Under the pieces are notes generated by a model. The model was not told where the DNA came from. It was given only the letters and a program-made list of their open reading frames with translations, and searched no databases. A stretch of 35,513 nucleotides of DNA from a virus (lineage: Duplodnaviria > Caudoviricetes): positions 1 to 35,513 of the IMG/VR virus record IMGVR_UViG_3300025875_000785; one strand, 5' to 3'. Shown piece after piece: positions 34,041 through 35,513 of this stretch. The translations under genes and the position numbers were made by a program. Position 1 is the stretch's first letter; each line of letters opens with the position of its first letter.

Positions 34041-34282
34041 GCCGACACTCCGACCGGCTCCTCTTCCACGACCTCGAACAGGTCGGGGAAGAGGTCGGCG
34101 CCGAAGATGGCGACGAGGCCCGCGATGAAGCGGGCGCCGGGGGCCTGGTTGCCCTTGAGGATCCGGCTGACGGACGAGGGATCCATGCCGATGCGGCGGG
34201 CCAGCTCTTGGTCGGTCGTGATGCCGGCCAGGCGCCGGTAGGCGGCGAGCTTGTCCTTGCGGAGGCTGAGGGTCGAGCCCAT
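34037..34282 (-). CDS. Cro-like XRE HTH regulator
   Basis: DQELARRIGMDPSSVSRILKGNQAPGARFIA; GAGGAGG RBS; first gene of the leftward operon. Confidence 0.85.
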   Translation of the reverse strand: MGSTLSLRKDKLAAYRRLAGITTDQELARRIGMDPSSVSRILKGNQAPGARFIAGLVAIFGADLFPDLFEVVEEEPVGVSA

Positions 34283-34328
34283 CACCGGTCCTCCTCCTCT
34301 CTGCTGGTTGTGCCGCTGACCTGCTGTC

Positions 34329-34545
34329 TTGCGGCTATGCGTGAACACTAGGCTATTGCGTAGCGTTCACGCAACCGGCTTGGGTCAGGTTGCTCGGCGT
34401 GTCGCGTGGTGGGCATCTGCAAGGCGTTTGACCTGCGCGCTTGCGTCTCTGCTGGTTGGTGACCCGTCGCCCACCTGGCGCATTGCGTGGCCGCAACGGC
34501 ACTGGAAGCGTCTCGGGCTTGCGCCGACGCAACTACGCTGCGCGC
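34329..34545. promoter_or_regulatory. Immunity switch: divergent promoters with TTGCG-N4-CGCAA operators
   Basis: Perfect sites at 34483-34496 and 34519-34532, near-perfect at 34361-34374; TACGCT (34534-34539) 6 nt before the repressor GTG. Confidence 0.7.
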
Positions 34546-35025
34546 GTGACCTGGATTGACTACGTCCGCCGCATCAGCGGAGGCGCCACGAACGTGGCCA
34601 TCGCCAAGGCCGCGGGTGTGCAGGCCTCGACGGTGGGGCGATGGGCGGATGGCGGCGGCGTTGACCCCGCACAGGCGGCCCGACTCGCCAGGCACTACGG
34701 CCACCCGGTGCTCGAGGCCTTCGTCGAAGCAGGCTTCCTCACCGAGGAGGAGGCCCGGGTGCGCATCACGCGTGCCGAGGTCGGCTTGCTCGACAACGAC
34801 GAGTTGGTCGCGGAGATCAGTCGGCGGCTCGAGCGGAGCCGACCAGACATCACACTGCTGCACCGCGCTCACGTGCAGGACCGCGAGCCGCTGACTGACC
34901 TCGCGGGGCACGTTGCGCCAACACAGCCCTCGGCCGGGGAGTCCGCGCCGTCCGTCGCTGATCAGGTGGAGGCATCGGCGCGCCTCGCGTTCGCCGACGA
35001 GTCCGAGGACGAGCCCCGGCGATGA
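34546..35025 (+). CDS. Immunity repressor (HTH), probably leaderless
   Basis: TNVAIAKAAGVQASTVGRW HTH; PVLEAFVEAGFLTEEEA...DNDELVAEISRRL as in actinophage repressors; divergent from the Cro-like gene. Confidence 0.82.
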   Translation: MTWIDYVRRISGGATNVAIAKAAGVQASTVGRWADGGGVDPAQAARLARHYGHPVLEAFVEAGFLTEEEARVRITRAEVGLLDNDELVAEISRRLERSRPDITLLHRAHVQDREPLTDLAGHVAPTQPSAGESAPSVADQVEASARLAFADESEDEPRR

Positions 35026-35513
35026 CGTTGGCGCCGATGACGCCGGCCGGGTACCTGCCGGCTGGACCGCATGCGGCGACGCTGGACGATATCCGCGAGC
35101 GGTTCGTCGACCAGTCGCCACAGCCATGGGACCGCGGCATCGCCTTCGATGCCCTGCAGATCCACCTCGGGCTGCTGGTGGACCTAGCAGGCCACGGCAC
35201 CGCGTGGATCGGGGGAGGCTTCTGCAGCCACGCTCTTGACGCGCCTCGCCAGCCGCTGGTCGTGTACTGGTGCCAGGACGACGCGCACATCGAGCGAGTC
35301 GCGCTGGCCCCCGGCGCACTGGAGAGGCTGACCCTGCGGGGCATCGCGGTGTCGCATCCGGTCGCGTCCGTGGCTCCGGTGATACGCCCGATGGGGGGAC
35401 TCGTCGACGCATACCTCGCTACGCCGAGGATGATCGACTTCTATGCGCGCGCCCTCTCCCGAATCCCGGGCGACCCGAGCATGATGCAGGGGTACCTGGA
35501 GGTGAGCCTGTGA
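35022..35513 (+). CDS. DUF6932-like nucleotidyltransferase-fold protein with degenerate active-site motif
   Basis: GYLPAGPH.ATLDDIRERFV...R...F and WIGGGF resemble DUF6932; ATGA overlap with the repressor. Confidence 0.6.
   Translation: MTLAPMTPAGYLPAGPHAATLDDIRERFVDQSPQPWDRGIAFDALQIHLGLLVDLAGHGTAWIGGGFCSHALDAPRQPLVVYWCQDDAHIERVALAPGALERLTLRGIAVSHPVASVAPVIRPMGGLVDAYLATPRMIDFYARALSRIPGDPSMMQGYLEVSL

Larger units (their letters stand above)
412..35513 (-). mobile_element. Temperate siphovirus-type actinobacterial prophage, continuing beyond the window end
   Basis: Ordered terminase-portal-capsid-tail-lysis module, RecT/YqaJ, replication initiator and divergent Cro/repressor. Left boundary inferred from the break in cpaF. 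Confidence 0.93.

Noticed and set aside
412-35513. Integrase, tRNA, reverse transcriptase/DGR or transposase
   Set aside because: No such motifs were recognised; the integrase is expected beyond the right edge of the window.

Overview
A very GC-rich actinobacterial window. Almost all of it is one temperate siphovirus-type prophage lying mainly on the minus strand. The window opens with the 5' part of a host TadA/CpaF pilus ATPase gene, which stops resembling the family after ...SSPFVDAT (about nt 411); this is the probable prophage attachment junction. From left to right: a DUF4190-like membrane gene, an XRE / dual-HTH mini-cassette and a P63C-domain moron; lysis genes (M15 endolysin, holin); tail genes (tape measure, -1 frameshifted chaperone, tube); head genes (capsid, scaffold, minor capsid, portal, terminase); about 25 small translationally coupled early genes, including an iteron-bearing replication initiator and a RecT/YqaJ pair; and a divergent Cro/repressor switch with a degenerate DUF6932-like gene coupled to the repressor. 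No integrase or second att site is in the window. The most interesting signals are the split, in-frame-fused tadA/cpaF, a 17-bp palindrome occurring three times in the late region, short direct repeats that bound gene and domain modules, and an in-frame TGA in an early gene. Family names come from recognising motifs by eye; no database search was run.
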